A stretch of 64,000 nt of DNA from Camelus ferus (lineage: Eukaryota), in the NCBI RefSeq assembly GCF_009834535.1, contig NC_045697.1, forward strand, positions 42,906,001-42,970,000, written 5' to 3'. The position numbers and the translations under genes were made by a program. Below the pieces are notes generated by a model. The model had not been told where the DNA came from. It worked only from the letters and a program-made list of their open reading frames with translations, and ran no database searches. The stretch's first letter is position 1; every line of letters begins with the position of its first letter. Shown here in pieces: positions 49,141 through 62,511 of the stretch.

Positions 49141-50321
49141 AGAAATCCATATTTTGGACTAAATGTCATTTCAGATAACCAAGCAGTTTGAAAACTCCAC
49201 GAGGATTTTTCAAAAAGAGGAAAAAAGCCAGATCCCCATAAGCTTTGACTTATTTATTTTTGCATTTCCGTAAGTTGATCATGACTAAACCAAACTTCCC
49301 AGAAAACTGAAAACAAAATTGTGCTCTGAGCTGAGACCTGGTGTTTCTTGCTTCACCCTAAAGGAAATCTTCAGTTTAGTTATAAATCCCTGCAAATCAG
49401 GTTTTATATTGGAAATGCTGAGAGGTTCTCTGCCATTTTAACAGGTAGAGCTAGGACCGCTTTAAAAGGGTGTATATGCATATATATTTAATATGCATAT
49501 ATCGGGAGGTTATAGCTGTCTTACCAGTGATAAAACATGATACCACTCATAAAAATTAGTTTTATATCCTGTGTGTTGAACAAACTTCACCTGTTCCTCT
49601 TCCCCTTTCTCTTTAGACCCACTTACCTACAAACAGGGAGATGACAAAAACTATGCTCTTTTGCAGCCAGGAGTAAAAGTCAGTGCAGCCAAGTCCCTGG
49701 CTCTGCTGGCTTATTTTTGTTTCTTAGAGCAATTCATTAGATACCCAACAGCATCTATGCAGCCTAGGACCCAGCCCCCTTTGTTTTATTAAACAATGAT
49801 TGCTTGATATTTTGTGAATGAAAACTTACATATTTTTTTTTTTAGTGTCCATTCAGTACAAACCTATATACGGCTCATATGTGCAGCAGATTTGCACACA
49901 CTGCATTTAAAGAGGAGTGACGAGGGCTATTGACTGAGGGTGGAAAGGAAACTTCACATGGGGAGAGATTTGACTTTTACATGGACTGCCTCCCCTTGCC
50001 CCACAACATAACTACTATTTGCTTCTGTCTCCAAATTTTATTTAATATTATAGACAGAGATTCACTGGATTTTGGAGCCAAAAAGAATTAAAAATCTAGT
50101 CAAGAAGTAGTTCTTTTTTTATAAAGATAGGCAACAGGGGAAAAAAAAACCTTTTAATTCTTATTTCTAGTGCATCCCTTGTCCTTTTCAAGAGAGGCAA
50201 TAAATCTTTGCTCCCCAAATGAACAGCAAAGGGGAAAAAAATAATGTTAGAAGTGCCTACGACTTGTCAGATCAAATGTTAGTGAATCATGTCTGTGGAA
50301 GAAATGGTTTGCTGGAGAAGA

Positions 50322-50440
50322 GCTTTCTTGCTTGCTTGCTTGCTTTCTCTCTCTCTCTCTTTCTTTCTCTCTCTCTCTCTCTTCCTCCCTCCCTCCCTCA
50401 CTTCCCCGAACCTTCCTTCCTTCTTTCTTTTCTTCTCCTC
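50322..50440 (+). repeat. Compound (CTTG)n/(CT)n/(CCCT)n/(CCTT)n microsatellite
   Basis: Read directly; polypyrimidine tract. Confidence 0.9.
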
Positions 50441-52531
50441 TGTCCTTTTGCTGCACAGGGCTGCTGAAAGTCATCATTGTCCTGTTGCTTATTATTACAT
50501 GATATTTCTCCCCCTCTCCTGTTTTCTAACACATAGGCAGTGCTTGGGGATTACTGACAAGTGACTACTTGGAGGAGTCGGGAACAGGCGTAATGACTCT
50601 ACATACCCTGTGACAGTGGCTTTGTACCTCACACCTTTATGATGATGCCAATATCTACTTGCAGCTAGAATCTTATGCCCTCTGAGCTGAAAACAAAGTC
50701 AAATGGTAATTGGTACTTTTGTCCTTTCATTCCTTCATAAGCATTATCTTCATTAACCAACTAACATAACCCATTACTTTGAATGGTCAAGGTCTGGGGG
50801 CTTCTATGCTTTGAAATTCAATTTTTCCATTTCATTGCAATGCAGACAGGGATGCCTGGAGGTGCATGATGGATGAATCTTAAATGGTTGGTGTCCAGTT
50901 TGAAAAAGCACCTGGAAGTTGGGCTGTTTTATTGTGTTCATACAGATCTTTATTATTACTTAGCATTCACACAGCATTTGGTATTTGCAAAGGGTTTTGC
51001 ACTCATTTTTATAACCTATTCTTCATAGCCATCCTGAGAGGCAGGTTCATTTCCCTCATTGTGTGGCTGAGAAGACTTGGCAGAGAATTAGTTAGCTTCT
51101 GGCGGTAAGGCATCCACGACCCTAAGCACTGCAGTGGTTAGGCTGAGTACGCTGAGCCATGTAATACCAGGAAATACTGGCAAGTGCTTATTTTCGTAGC
51201 TGAGTTTACTTTTAAAGAGCGTTGTAATGTTGTAAGGGACAGCTTCCAAGGGAAGGAAAGTTTGATAAAGTAGACATTGTACTATAGCAAAGAAAGGCAT
51301 TGATTCCTCAGAATATTCAAGGATCTCAGATATTTGACCTATATTTGGAGTATTTCTGAGAAAAAGTCCTGGGAAACAGTTGAGCCGAAATCAATTTTGA
51401 AGTACATCATGCTTCTCTCCCTGCCAGACTCCTTTTTTTTTCTTTTAACCTTTTTTCCTTTTCCTGCACCTCTTTGTCTCTCTTTCCATCCCTTACCTTG
51501 TGATCCGAACCCAGTCATTAACTCTTCATTTCTAAAATGTTGCTGTAAAGTCCTGCCTGAGATAATGCTGGTAAAAAGTCTGGTAAATTTCTTGACTCAC
51601 AGTAAATCGGCATATCTCATTATGTTAGTGGTATTGTGTGTTCTGAGGTCAGTGTTATTTTCACATCTCTGGTCCAAATTAGGCTCTAGCAACAATATGT
51701 ACCCAAGAGTCACACAGAATAAAGAGGAGGACTCGGTAACTATCCCGGTAGCTTAGGTATATTCCTTCCTTTTCAATTGTCTAGGCAACTTAGGCAAAAA
51801 TCACTGTTAGAAATATACATTAAAACTATTTTGGGGGCAGGAGTAAGTTTGCTAGAAAGGAAGGCTGAATTACCGTTGGTATTGTGGCATAAAGAATGAA
51901 GTCTGGATGTGAGACGAGCATCCTTATAATGTGGCTTCTAATACATCCATTGCTTTTCTGTCCATACATTCAGCATATATTTTATCAAGTGGCCATTGAT
52001 CAGTACTTACTTTTCTTTCTCCCAATCCTCACTGTACCAGGAAGCATTTGAGAAATGACCTACAATTTATGATGCTTTATCAATGTTTTTACTCACTGTG
52101 GAGGAAAGTGTGAGGAACATATTTCACGATGAAGTGGGTTTCTAGTTAACAGGACAAAATGAAAGCAAAGTCATAGATCAGTGTAATATGTCAAGCACAG
52201 AAAGGATTCAATTTATTGTAAATAATACCCAAGTTGCAAAAGAAATACAGCAACAGAAATCAGTTTATTCTATATGTGAAAAAGGAAAATTACTGGTAAA
52301 AGGTAATAGGCTCCATTTGTCCCTTGACAGAAATTCATATTGTTTGTGCTTATCACCTCTGGGGGATCAAGGACTCTATCTGTCTTTGGGATTTTAGAAG
52401 GGTTCGCAAATATTAGACTTCCTGTAGCAAAGTTATAATAACCAGCACCTTTAAATTCAGAACACTTTGCTGCTGATATACGAAGGTGCATCAGGGGACA
52501 TTCCACCACTTAAGGAGTGTGTGTTCCTTAA

Positions 52532-53040
52532 GGAGTGGCTTCAAGTCTACCAGCACTGGAGTCATCAGTAGTGCTCACTTTAAAAATAAGGTGTCTTGAC
52601 CCCACAATAAAACTGTCAAATCCAGGTCAATGGAGTGGGGGAGGAGAAACTGGATGAAGGCAGCCAAAAGGTACAAACTTTCAGTTATAAGATAAATAAG
52701 TGCTAGGGATGTGATGTACAGCATGATAAGTATAATGAACACTGCTGTATGTATCTACGTTGTGAAGTGTACACAACCCAGGTAATTCTCATTCTAGGCT
52801 TGCTACATTTAGCAAACAAAACAAACACAAAAGCAAGCAAACAAACAAAAATCCCCAAGACACTCAGTTAAATTTGAATTTCAAACAACATTTTTTAGGG
52901 GTAAGTATGTCCTATGCAATTTTTGGAACATATTTGTACCCCAAACCTCTTTATTTTAATCTGAAATTCAAGTCAAACTGTGTATCTTGTCTTTTCTCTT
53001 GTAACCCTATCAGGCACGTGTTGATGTTTGAGAAACACTG
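52532..53040. mobile_element. MER5-like hAT MITE hosting an L1 3' UTR fragment (~52640-52770) and MER53
   Basis: Ends gagtggcttcaag... and ...tttgagaaacactg; internal cccaggtaattctc. L1 piece aaggtacaaactttcagttataagataaataagtgctagggatgtgatgtacagcatg. Confidence 0.6.
52795..53009. mobile_element. MER53 palindromic MITE
   Basis: taggcttgctacatttagcaaa..cagttaaatttgaatttca..taagtatgtcctatgcaat..tctgaaattcaagtcaaactg..gtaacccta. Confidence 0.85.
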
Positions 53041-55429
53041 ATTTAGGAGGTATATTTAAGTGCTCAGAACCAGCCCAAAGCTCTGGCCCTAGCTGAAAAC
53101 CTTTTGGGAGATGAAGGGTGGAGGGATTTTTGCTGATCTGACTCTAAATGCCTGGGAAGAGCTTTGCAAACTATGAAAGCATGCAGACTTGGGATCAGCA
53201 GAGCCCTGCTTCCAGGTGTTTTCCCACAGGAAAAGCAACACCTTTAGGAAATCTGCAGGTCATCGGCACACAGCCCGTTATCTTTTTAAGGCTTGTTCTC
53301 TAAACCTTCGGGGGCTGGTGGGGGTGGTGGACAAGTGCTTCCCAGCTGGACATTTTTACTACTCTCTTTGGGAATCTGTGATGATTTTCTAAATGTTGGC
53401 CTGCACAGTTTGTTAACTCTTGTTCAGCTCTATCCATTTTAGGGAAGTGAATTGAATTACTTGGTAAAATCAGTCTGTACTTTTTTAAGGAAAGCCTTTT
53501 GGAATTCTTTGTGCAAGTTCTCAAGTTTCTTTTAGAGGAGACTGGGGTTCAATGATTTTTTTTATATCTATAACAATCTAAAGAACCTTTCAGGCCAAAA
53601 GGTGTGCAGAATTATGAGAAAGTGGTTCCCTGGGACATCTGTGCTCACGGGACACGTTCCCTCTTCAGGGGCCTGCCGAGAGGTGACTCTGTAGGAGTGA
53701 GACCATCTTTTCACTGTCCGTGCTCGTATGATATGTGCTTAAAAACATGCTTCATGAACAGACAAGAGGGTCCAATAAGGTCTGATCCACACTGGGCTCA
53801 AGAACATAGATAGAAAGAACATTCCTCCTTCTGACCTCGTTCACTCCAGTTTCTTTCCAGCTGAAGGTAAGGGCTTTCATTGATTTTGACGGGCTGGGAC
53901 CGTATTTCTAATTTACATCTCCTGAGTTTACAATTCACTGCAAAGAAACCCAGATAAAGTGGAAGCAAACAGAGCCTGCTGGAGAAGCCCTCAGCATGAA
54001 TAATATACTGTTTACCTTAATGAAAGCACCATCAGGAGCTGGAGGGCCAGCCTCTTTTGTTATTGCTACACACAGGCCCTGCCCGCCTGGCAGCCTGAAG
54101 GAATGATCGCTGCTCCATGTTCTGTCTGAACCTTTCCTAAATAATTTCAATTCTATTGACTTTTTTTGCCTTTTAACCAAGCCATCAGCTTTCTAGGCAG
54201 CTTGGCCTCCATTTCTAGAAATCCATAGCCATGGAAAGAGTGAGTGGTCCAAGGCATCTTATAAGCCTTGCTTCATTAATCCTTACCATGACCTTGAGTG
54301 GTAAAATGTCTGTAAGTCCTAATGGCTCCAATTTTCATATAGAAATAATGAGCTACAGAAAGGCTAGAAGTGATGCAGAAACAGAATCCTCTGAAAAACT
54401 GTTTTTGTATATTAATTTGTGATTATTAATTATAAGCATTGGTTGGCTCTGGTACTAGGTGACCTATGAATAAAATAAAATGGCCTCTTTTCTGGGAGAT
54501 TGGGAATATGTTATGAGATTTTATTTAGAGTCTGTATTCTTATCTCAGTATTGCCTCAGTTCTTGGAGTTTCTCGAACATAGGTGATACATCATTATAAG
54601 ATGTTTATACAGGAACTTTGGTGAGATGAATGCTTGTAGCCAACAGATATAACCTAAGTCTTTCTTGGTCTGATCCAAGGGGTTTTGGTACCTAAGTGAT
54701 CAACCGTTAAACAGTCTTTTCTATCCTACGGGTCCGTGGGTGGAATGGCAGATACTTTCTGGGTCAGGAAAGATATCATCCCTTTGTAATACTATTGCCA
54801 TAACTCAGACACAAGGGGTCCAAACTCAGCTCTCTACCCCTTGATCTAAAAGGCTGCAAATAAAATAGTAGATTGGATATTGGTGAGGATGGACCATGGT
54901 AGCAGTGAAAAGAATAGAAGCGGAGAGGGGTGCCTGGACCTACTTGAATAAGGGAACCACTGGGGACCCCCACCTCTGGAGGCTTTTGCAGTGCACACGA
55001 CCAGGGATGGTTTAGGTAGGAGGTACACGTGTCAGCAACTTGTACTACTTTTACTCCTTCGTGGTACCCTGGGAAGGGTTAACAGTGGAGTTGCGGAGAA
55101 GGTCACTCACTATGAGCTGAGTCTTCTGAACTCTGCCGTGTTTATTGTCTAAGGAAGAGACCTGTGTCTATTAGATCCCTTTCTGGGACAAGTGACAGGT
55201 CAGATTAGATGGGCTGGAGAGGGAGAGGACTGGAGGACTAGATACAGAAAGATGGAGAAGGCAGGAGGCTGCGTGCAGCCCCAACGAGATTTATTTTAGC
55301 GCTTATAAATAAAAACATGAGCAGAGCCTCTCTACAGAATTATTTACAGAAGAATTTTAAGCTCCGGGCCCTTTCCAAGCTAAGCACTGAATGCTAAAGT
55401 TTATGATGTAGAATGACTTTGGCTACTGT

Positions 55430-56500
55430 GGCCCCAATTTGGACAAATCTGCCATTAACACCATCATGGCAGTTATTTTACTGGGGGTGACAGATTGTGA
55501 GGTAGAGAGAGTAATTCAGACTATTACCCAGGTGAAGGCATGAAAGCTCAGTGATATATGAAGACCACTTAAATTCATTGTATCTTGTACATCACATCTT
55601 TGATAGATTATAGCTGTGGCATTAAAATGGAAATGGTTTCTCTGAGGCCTGACAGGGGCTGGGGTGACCTATGACCTCCCTCTGAGGAATGTGACTGACC
55701 GAATTATCAGTTAAGAGAAAAATCTACGGGGAATAGACTCACAGTGATGGCGAATCCTCCATGCATATATATCTATATTTTTTAAACCTTTGGTTTGATG
55801 GAAAGCTTCGGGACTCAAACCTTGTTTCCACCTCCCCCAGCGTACCCGCCCCCCCCCCCCCCCCCCCGCCAATGCTAACTTTCCCAGCTCAGATTTCATA
55901 CCGGCCAGGCCCCTCATATTGATTGAAAAATTGTTATTAGAGATAGTCGGCCTCCTGCACACGGCCTACTGATTTAATTTGGAAAACATTTAATTTTATG
56001 AAGCGGTAAATGGTGGTGCCACGCTCCCCTGTGTTAGGGAGCAGCTGGCTCTTCACCTCCTCACCCGCCCGAGTCCCAGGCGTCCTCTTGGCAATCATGT
56101 GCTCCCTTCCCCTTTGCTTAACAAGTTATTTCAATTTCTAAACGAAGGCTGAACAAGAGAAAGACAACATGCAAATGGAGCTCCAAGCCGCCATTCACAC
56201 GTGAAAAAGTTCCCCTGGAATTCCCTCAACTCAGCCCACCCCCTCCCCCTGCATCTGTCATGAAAAAAACAGAGCCCTTGTTCTCCTCAGATTGTTTTCA
56301 CCAATGACCTGACACCACCATCTATAATTAATTACATCATTTACATTAGACTATTGACTAAACAAATACATAAATCATAGGCAGAGTCAATAGGTGCAGA
56401 CATATTTAATCATGTTCTAAATAATGATTACTGCTCCCATAATGCAATAATTATTTTCAGCAGCTGACTTGAATTAATCTTCTGTCAGGGTGCCATCTGA
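55430..56500. promoter_or_regulatory. Candidate conserved non-coding cluster (55430-55630; 55870-56500)
   Basis: Repeat-free with local CpG retention. TGACAG, CTTTGAT, CATAAATCA, TAAACAAATA and TAATTAATTA motifs. Confidence 0.5.
55849..55867 (+). repeat. C19 homopolymer (G19 on minus strand)
   Basis: Read directly. Confidence 0.9.
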
Positions 56501-57894
56501 AAAAAAAAAACAAGAGACGAAGATGAAGAAGGCCACGCCGATGATGGAGGAGCTGCTCTGATTCTCTCTGTTTCTCTTCTTTTCGTTCTTCCCTGCAGGC
56601 GCCCTCTGCTCTCCCTCTCCCTTTCCGTGACCCCTCTCACCTTCTCTTTTCCTTTTCCTCCACTTTCCTTGTCCCCTTTTGTCTTTTCCCTTATTCATGT
56701 CCATGTCTCATACTTGTTCTTTTGGTCACCTGCCTCTGTAGCCTTTTTATCTTTATCCCTCAACATGGAACTTCCCCGCTCTTCTTCCTTTCCATTTGTC
56801 CCAGGGCTAGACAGTGCCCCTGGTGGCATCCAGTCCCGCTTCCCACCTCCACCCTTCTCACCCCCTGTCACCTTTGTTTCTAAATCTCCGTGGACAGTTT
56901 CAATGTTAAAGACTCGAAGCTGTTTTCTTAATAATTTATCCAGATTAGATTTTCTTTCTCTACTATTTGACAGCTTTTCCTAAATCATTTTGCACTTTGG
57001 AATGGTAAATTGATTGGAGAGGTGGCATAGTTAGAACACAGGAGCCCTCTACGGATGCAGCACTCATTCATTAGACTAATTTAGCTTTTGTCATCAGAGA
57101 GGAGAGGATAAATCTGTGTTTATAGGCATACATGGGTACACCTTAGAAATGGAATCAACTCTTTGAAGTATTTTATTTGGGACAGAACATACTACATTAG
57201 TGGGTGCTTTGCAAAGAAAATAACGCCTCCTGTTCTGCTTCATCTTTGGCTATCGGTGGGCAAGGCCTGTTAAGAAGGACAGCTTAGAGGAAAGACATCA
57301 GGCCACAGTGCATTTAAATGCCAGTAGTCTGAAGTACTGGTTCTAAGAGCCAGTGTTAAGGATGATCACAGAATAAAATTTTACATGCTGTCTTACCCTT
57401 GGTATCATCCCTTGGTTTCTTTGTAAGTTTGTAGACAATTGCTTCATAAGAGGAAAAAAAATCATTTTGGATCAAATAATACAAATGTTTACCCTCTGTA
57501 GCTTTTAGTGTTTTGATGTTCTCTCCCGAAAGGTTTTCTGCAATGACCTTTTTAATTAATGCTTGGCCTTGGGGGTTTGTGATTAAAAAAAAAAGTCCTG
57601 GATCACTATCCATGAAATGGGGGATACATTTCCTCACCTCTTTTCTCTGTTCTCATCCCAGAGGGTGAGCCGTTTGTGATCCTGTGCACACACACGTGGT
57701 GTGTGTCTGGCTGTCCAGGCCCCTCTTGACCTTTCAAGCAATGACATCCTTTCTGGGTGTGGTACCCACTTGCTAACTTAAGGGCCGTGTGATAGACCTG
57801 TGATTGGAATTTGTCCTGATTAGTGGTGTAAGAGAAGACAACATAAGGGAAGACATCCTTGGCAGGGAACAGTTAGACTCACAGGTAATAGAAT

Positions 57895-57965
57895 CTTCAC
57901 TCATTCAAAAAGTACTTACTGAGTGCATGCCTGTGGCAACTACTGTGCTGGGTGCTGGTTACCCT
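57895..57965 (-). mobile_element. L2 3' end
   Basis: cactcattcaaaaagtacttactgagtgc..tactgtgctgggtgctgg. Confidence 0.65.
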
Positions 57966-58549
57966 GAAGAGTCATGAGTTCATAGTCATTATTAAAGCTG
58001 CCTTCCTAAACTCCCGGTTATATTCCAGAGGCCATTTTAAATAAACAGAATTATTTTGAGACTAGTGCACCATACAATTTTAATTGTTGAATATGCTAGC
58101 GAGGATGAACTTTTCTGGTGTTAGATGAACTAGGTATGTTCCACATAGTTCAACAAAGGTGTGAGACTAATGTGAAACTCAGTGAAAAATATCTGGAAAG
58201 GACAGATGTGGGGTTTGACTTTTTCTCATTTACATGTCTGTTCCCTAATGAAAAAGTCAGAGGGTCAAGAAGGAGACAGTGAAACAAGAGACCTAGTAAA
58301 GAGAGAGGGCTAATAGTAAGAATGCAGTAATTCCCCTCTGTCCACTGACCAAAACCATAATGCACTGTGGAAGTGCTTACCTCCGACAGACCCTGCTCCA
58401 GAAATGAGAGCACCCATTTGTAATTTCTCCAGGGAACAAGACGGAGGTGATACAGGACCTACATGAATTATTTAAAATCTTGAGGTGTCATTTATATTAT
58501 TTATCAAGAACAACAACTATCTTGATAAAAAAGGTAAAACTTGCAAAGC

Positions 58550-58700
58550 AAAATGCAGTTTTCTTATGGGAAAATGGGGGAAAATCTACTTCATAGGGAT
58601 GTTGTGAAGTTTAAATGGCAATATATTTATGGAAATACAGTGCACCTGGCGATAGGCCCTACACATAGTAAGTTCTCATTAAATGGGCACTGATACTGTT
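58550..58700 (+). mobile_element. MIR SINE
   Basis: aaaatggggg..ctacttcatagggatgttgtgaagtttaaatg..cacatagtaagttctcattaaatg. Confidence 0.75.
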
Positions 58701-60439
58701 ACTGTACAATGATCAAGTATTGAGTCTTAGGGTACCTGTAATTAATTGAAGGATAGATTTGTTCTTTGCAGGTAGTTTTGAGTAGAACAAATGTTCATAT
58801 GGTTCTAATCCACACCCAAGATATGTTTTCATATATACAACTCTATTCTTAGTTACTGCATTGATTAGTTACCAGACTCATTCATGCAAAAAAAAAAAAC
58901 TGAATATTTTCTATGTTGGAGAAATTCACATCCTAGGAGTGGAGGCTAGTGCACAGGTAATTTTCATAAAATTATGAAATTCAGTGTAACATAATGTTCG
59001 ATAATCATTTGTTTCTGAAGTGACTGGAACTTGCCCTCTCTATAGTGGTACTGTACAGTGCTTGGATCAAATATACTGTTAAACCAGATTTACAGTCAAC
59101 ACAGAGACAAATACAAACCGCATTTTCTAAATTAGCCTGGCAGTCACTTCCTCTGCTTGGCCCGTGATTCGGTGGTTGACTCTAACACACCAGCCATATG
59201 CCCTCTAGCTTGCTTGCAGAGGCCTGTTCTTAGCTGCAGTATAATCAGTGACATCTCTGTGTATAAGCATCTTCTTAAATGTAGAGAAGCTTAGGGGCAG
59301 TTATAATAGGCACTTCTTTTGGGACCCATAGCAAAGAATTTGTAGTGCTTCATAACCTAGCACATCAAGGAGCTTATGTAAAAATGGAGAAATTGTGCAT
59401 TTTGGCTACCAGTTTGAAATATTTATCAAGGCAAATGAAAAAGGAGTCTACCTTTCCATCAGAGCCTGTGTTATAGCCTGGTTAATATTGCATGATGAGT
59501 GAGCTATAAATAAACAATAAATAGAAATAAAAATAATTATTGATATAAATAATAAATGAATAAAGCATAAGTTTAGGACTGAGATGGAATGGAACTAGAT
59601 ATGAAATTTAATTGAGCTTGATTTTGAGTTTAAGTCTTTTGGAACCAGTAGTTCAGTAAGGATTTCAGGATTTTTTTTTTCTTTTAATTTTAAATGAATG
59701 TGCTTATAGCTCCTAGCTCCTCAGGTCAGTCAACCAAAGATAACTATTACTGTAATTCTAAATAGCTGCCAGGGGGAAAGGATGTGGCCTGAGGATGGGT
59801 TTAGACCAAGGAGACCAGAGTTTTCCATTTTTAAAAGGATCATCCCCTGCTCAGACATTTTTGATCTGTCTTTTAAGAAGTCTTTGGGTAACTGCATATT
59901 ATCCTTCTTTCTCTGGGAGAAAATAGCAGGAGGAAATTCTTCTCTTCAGCCTGGGGATTACTCTGATTGGGAGAAGTCTTCTAGATTATTAACCACATGG
60001 GCTGTGGGCACCACATTTTCTAGAGGAAGTTGTCTGGGGAACCAAGAAAAGTTTTAAGTGCTGTATCTGCATGGACTCATTCCTTTAATTCTTCCAACAG
60101 TTCAGTTTGAGGAGGCAGGCTCTGAGAGTTGAGATCTCTGTTTTGGAGGGGAAACCCAGAGAATTAACAGACTCCTGCCCCAGGTTATAAGTGATGGAGC
60201 CAACCTTTAGTTGGTTAACCAGGCTCCAGAGGCTACACCGAAAGAGGCAGGACACATGGCAAAAGCTGAAGCCAAATCCTACAGGGAATTCTAAGTTTTT
60301 CCACCAGTAAACCACCGAGATAAGCCAAGGTAGAGCTCTAATCCTCCATCTCCCCAATTATCCCACACATCCCCACCCCTTTCCTCTTCTGCTTCTTTCC
60401 CATGCTTTTCAGGGTACATTCTGCTCCTGCCTGCTGCTT

Positions 60440-60720
60440 GGTACCCTTGTGTCTGGAGCCTGGCATGGATTCTGGCACATGGAAGACACTCAATAAATAT
60501 TTATTTCATGAATGAGTGACTGATAGACATGGTGCCTCTGTGTGTAGGCACAGGGGTCAGACGGCCAGATTGCAATCCTACCTCTACTACTGTCATGCCT
60601 TGTGTCTTTGGGCAGTTTCCTCTTGTGTTGCATTTTCCTTACCTATAAATGGGAATAGCAAGAGTCCTGAGCTCATAGGATGGTTGTGAAGACTAATTGA
60701 GACAACATAGCAATAATGAT
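60440..60720 (+). mobile_element. L2 3' end (60440-60525) followed by MIR (60550-60720)
   Basis: ctggcacatggaagacactcaataaatatttatttcatgaatga, then ctataaatgggaatagc..ctcataggatggttgtgaagactaa. Confidence 0.7.
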
Positions 60721-60849
60721 GAAAATAATGATGGTGAAGATGATGAGGGTACTCTTAGTAGTTATAAAAGACCTCAGGGAGAGGGTTCAGTTTAAGTCAA
60801 AATAATGATTTTTGGTTGATAGTACATTTTTAATATTTTGTTTAAACAG

Positions 60850-62060
60850 TCTGTTATTTTTTAAAGAGATTTATATTGTAATCAAGAAGTCATGTATTTA
60901 CACATGAAGTTTCCATTCCTGGTACTCTTTATTTCTCTATGTACAGCCATAGTTCCAATGGCTGTTTTCTTTCTGCCTGAAGGGCTTCCTTTAACATCTT
61001 TTGTAATGTGAGTCTGCTTGTAATGAATTCTTTCAGCTTTTGTATGGATAAAAAGGTGTTTGCTTTGATCTTCATTTGTGAAGCGTATTTTTGCTAGTAT
61101 AGAATTCTAGGTTGACAGCCTTTTTTTCTTTCAGTGCTGTAAAGATACTGCTGTTTTCCTCATTGCATTTTTTTTTTTTTTACAAGAAATCAGTGTCATT
61201 CTTATTTTTTTTCATCTGAATAGGAGATGACTTTCCCTTCTGGGTGCCTCTGAGATTTTCTTATGACTGGTTTTGAAAATTTACTTAGGATGTTCTTTGG
61301 TGTGGTTTCCTTCATATTCTTGGGCATTTGTTTCATTGAACTTCTTGGATCTGTGGATTTCATCAAATTTGGAAAAAAAATTGCCACTAGTTCTTCAAAC
61401 TTTTTTCCATTCTCTCTCTCCTTTGGAGCTTCCAATTACACATATATTAGGGTGCTTAAAGTTATTCACGTTCAGTGATGGTCTTTTCATATTTAAAGTT
61501 TCTTTTTCTTCTTTTATTTTCTTTTGGATAGTTAATATTTTTATCTTATACTTCACTAATATATCCTTTTGCAATATCTGATCTGCCATTAATCTCATCA
61601 AGTGTATTTTTCCATCTTACACACTACCGTTTTTAATCTCCAGAGGCTGAGTTTGGATTAAAAAATATATGCATCTCCTATGCCTCTACTTAAATTTTGG
61701 AAAATTAAAAAAAAAAAACTATTTTAAGGCTCTTGCCTGTTAATTCTAACATCCGGGTCAATTTCAATTAATTCATTTTTTTCCTCTTTGTTTTCTCATG
61801 CTTTTCTTTTAATATGCCGGGTACTCCTTGATTCAATGCCAAATATGAAAATATTGTTGAATTTTGTTCTGGGACACAAGATAAATTTAGGTCTTGCTTT
61901 CAAGATTTGTTAGTAGGACCAGAGCCATATCTAGTCTCTGGCTGATTATTCTTCACTACTAAGGCAAGACCCTTCTGAGTACTCTGCCCAGTGGCCCGTG
62001 AATTATGAGGTTTTTGTGAGAAAAGCACCATTCCTTGTCCTGTGTGGGCATCTGGCCCTG
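60850..62060 (-). mobile_element. Ancient L1 5'/ORF1 region (L1M-type), frameshifted
   Basis: Minus-strand ORFs give FKHPNICVIG..GERE and FEELVA..FPNLMK..KETTPKNI, i.e. L1 ORF1p RRM motifs. Confidence 0.85.
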
Positions 62061-62511
62061 TTCTATCTAACGGTGAACAGATAGAACACACTATGTCTTC
62101 CCTTATAGTGTATTGGGAGTTAATGCTGAGTGATAGTTGCTATATGACGAGAGAATTATGACAGTACAGCAGGACAAACCTTAGCCAGACTAGAGGGATT
62201 GTAAGGGGTGGGGGGCAGTTTTGTTTTTAAGAGGACGTGATCTCTAAATCAAGTTTTAAAAGGTGTTATCCGGGCTAAGAACAGGGAGAAGTGCTTTCCC
62301 GTTAAGGAAAATGACATAGGTGAATGTCTAAAGCAAGACAGAACAGGGCCAATTTGGTTTGAAGAATTGAAACAAATATTAGTGAAGAGTGTGAGGAGTA
62401 AGGGCAGGAGGGTGCCCTTTGAATTGTTCTTAGTAAGCAACTGAATATGGCATTAACACTAGAGGCTCCACAATCAGACAACCTGGTTCGAATTCCCAGG
62501 GATAACAATAT

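Noticed and set aside
49148..49158. CArG-like CCATATTTTGG
   Set aside because: Has 7 A/T between CC and GG, not the canonical 6.
58500..58529. 10-bp stem inverted repeat; similar one at 41469-41500
   Set aside because: Isolated short palindromes are expected by chance in 64 kb; no supporting context.
61202..61601. ORFs resembling L1TD1/ORF1p
   Set aside because: Broken ancient L1 ORF1, not a domesticated gene.
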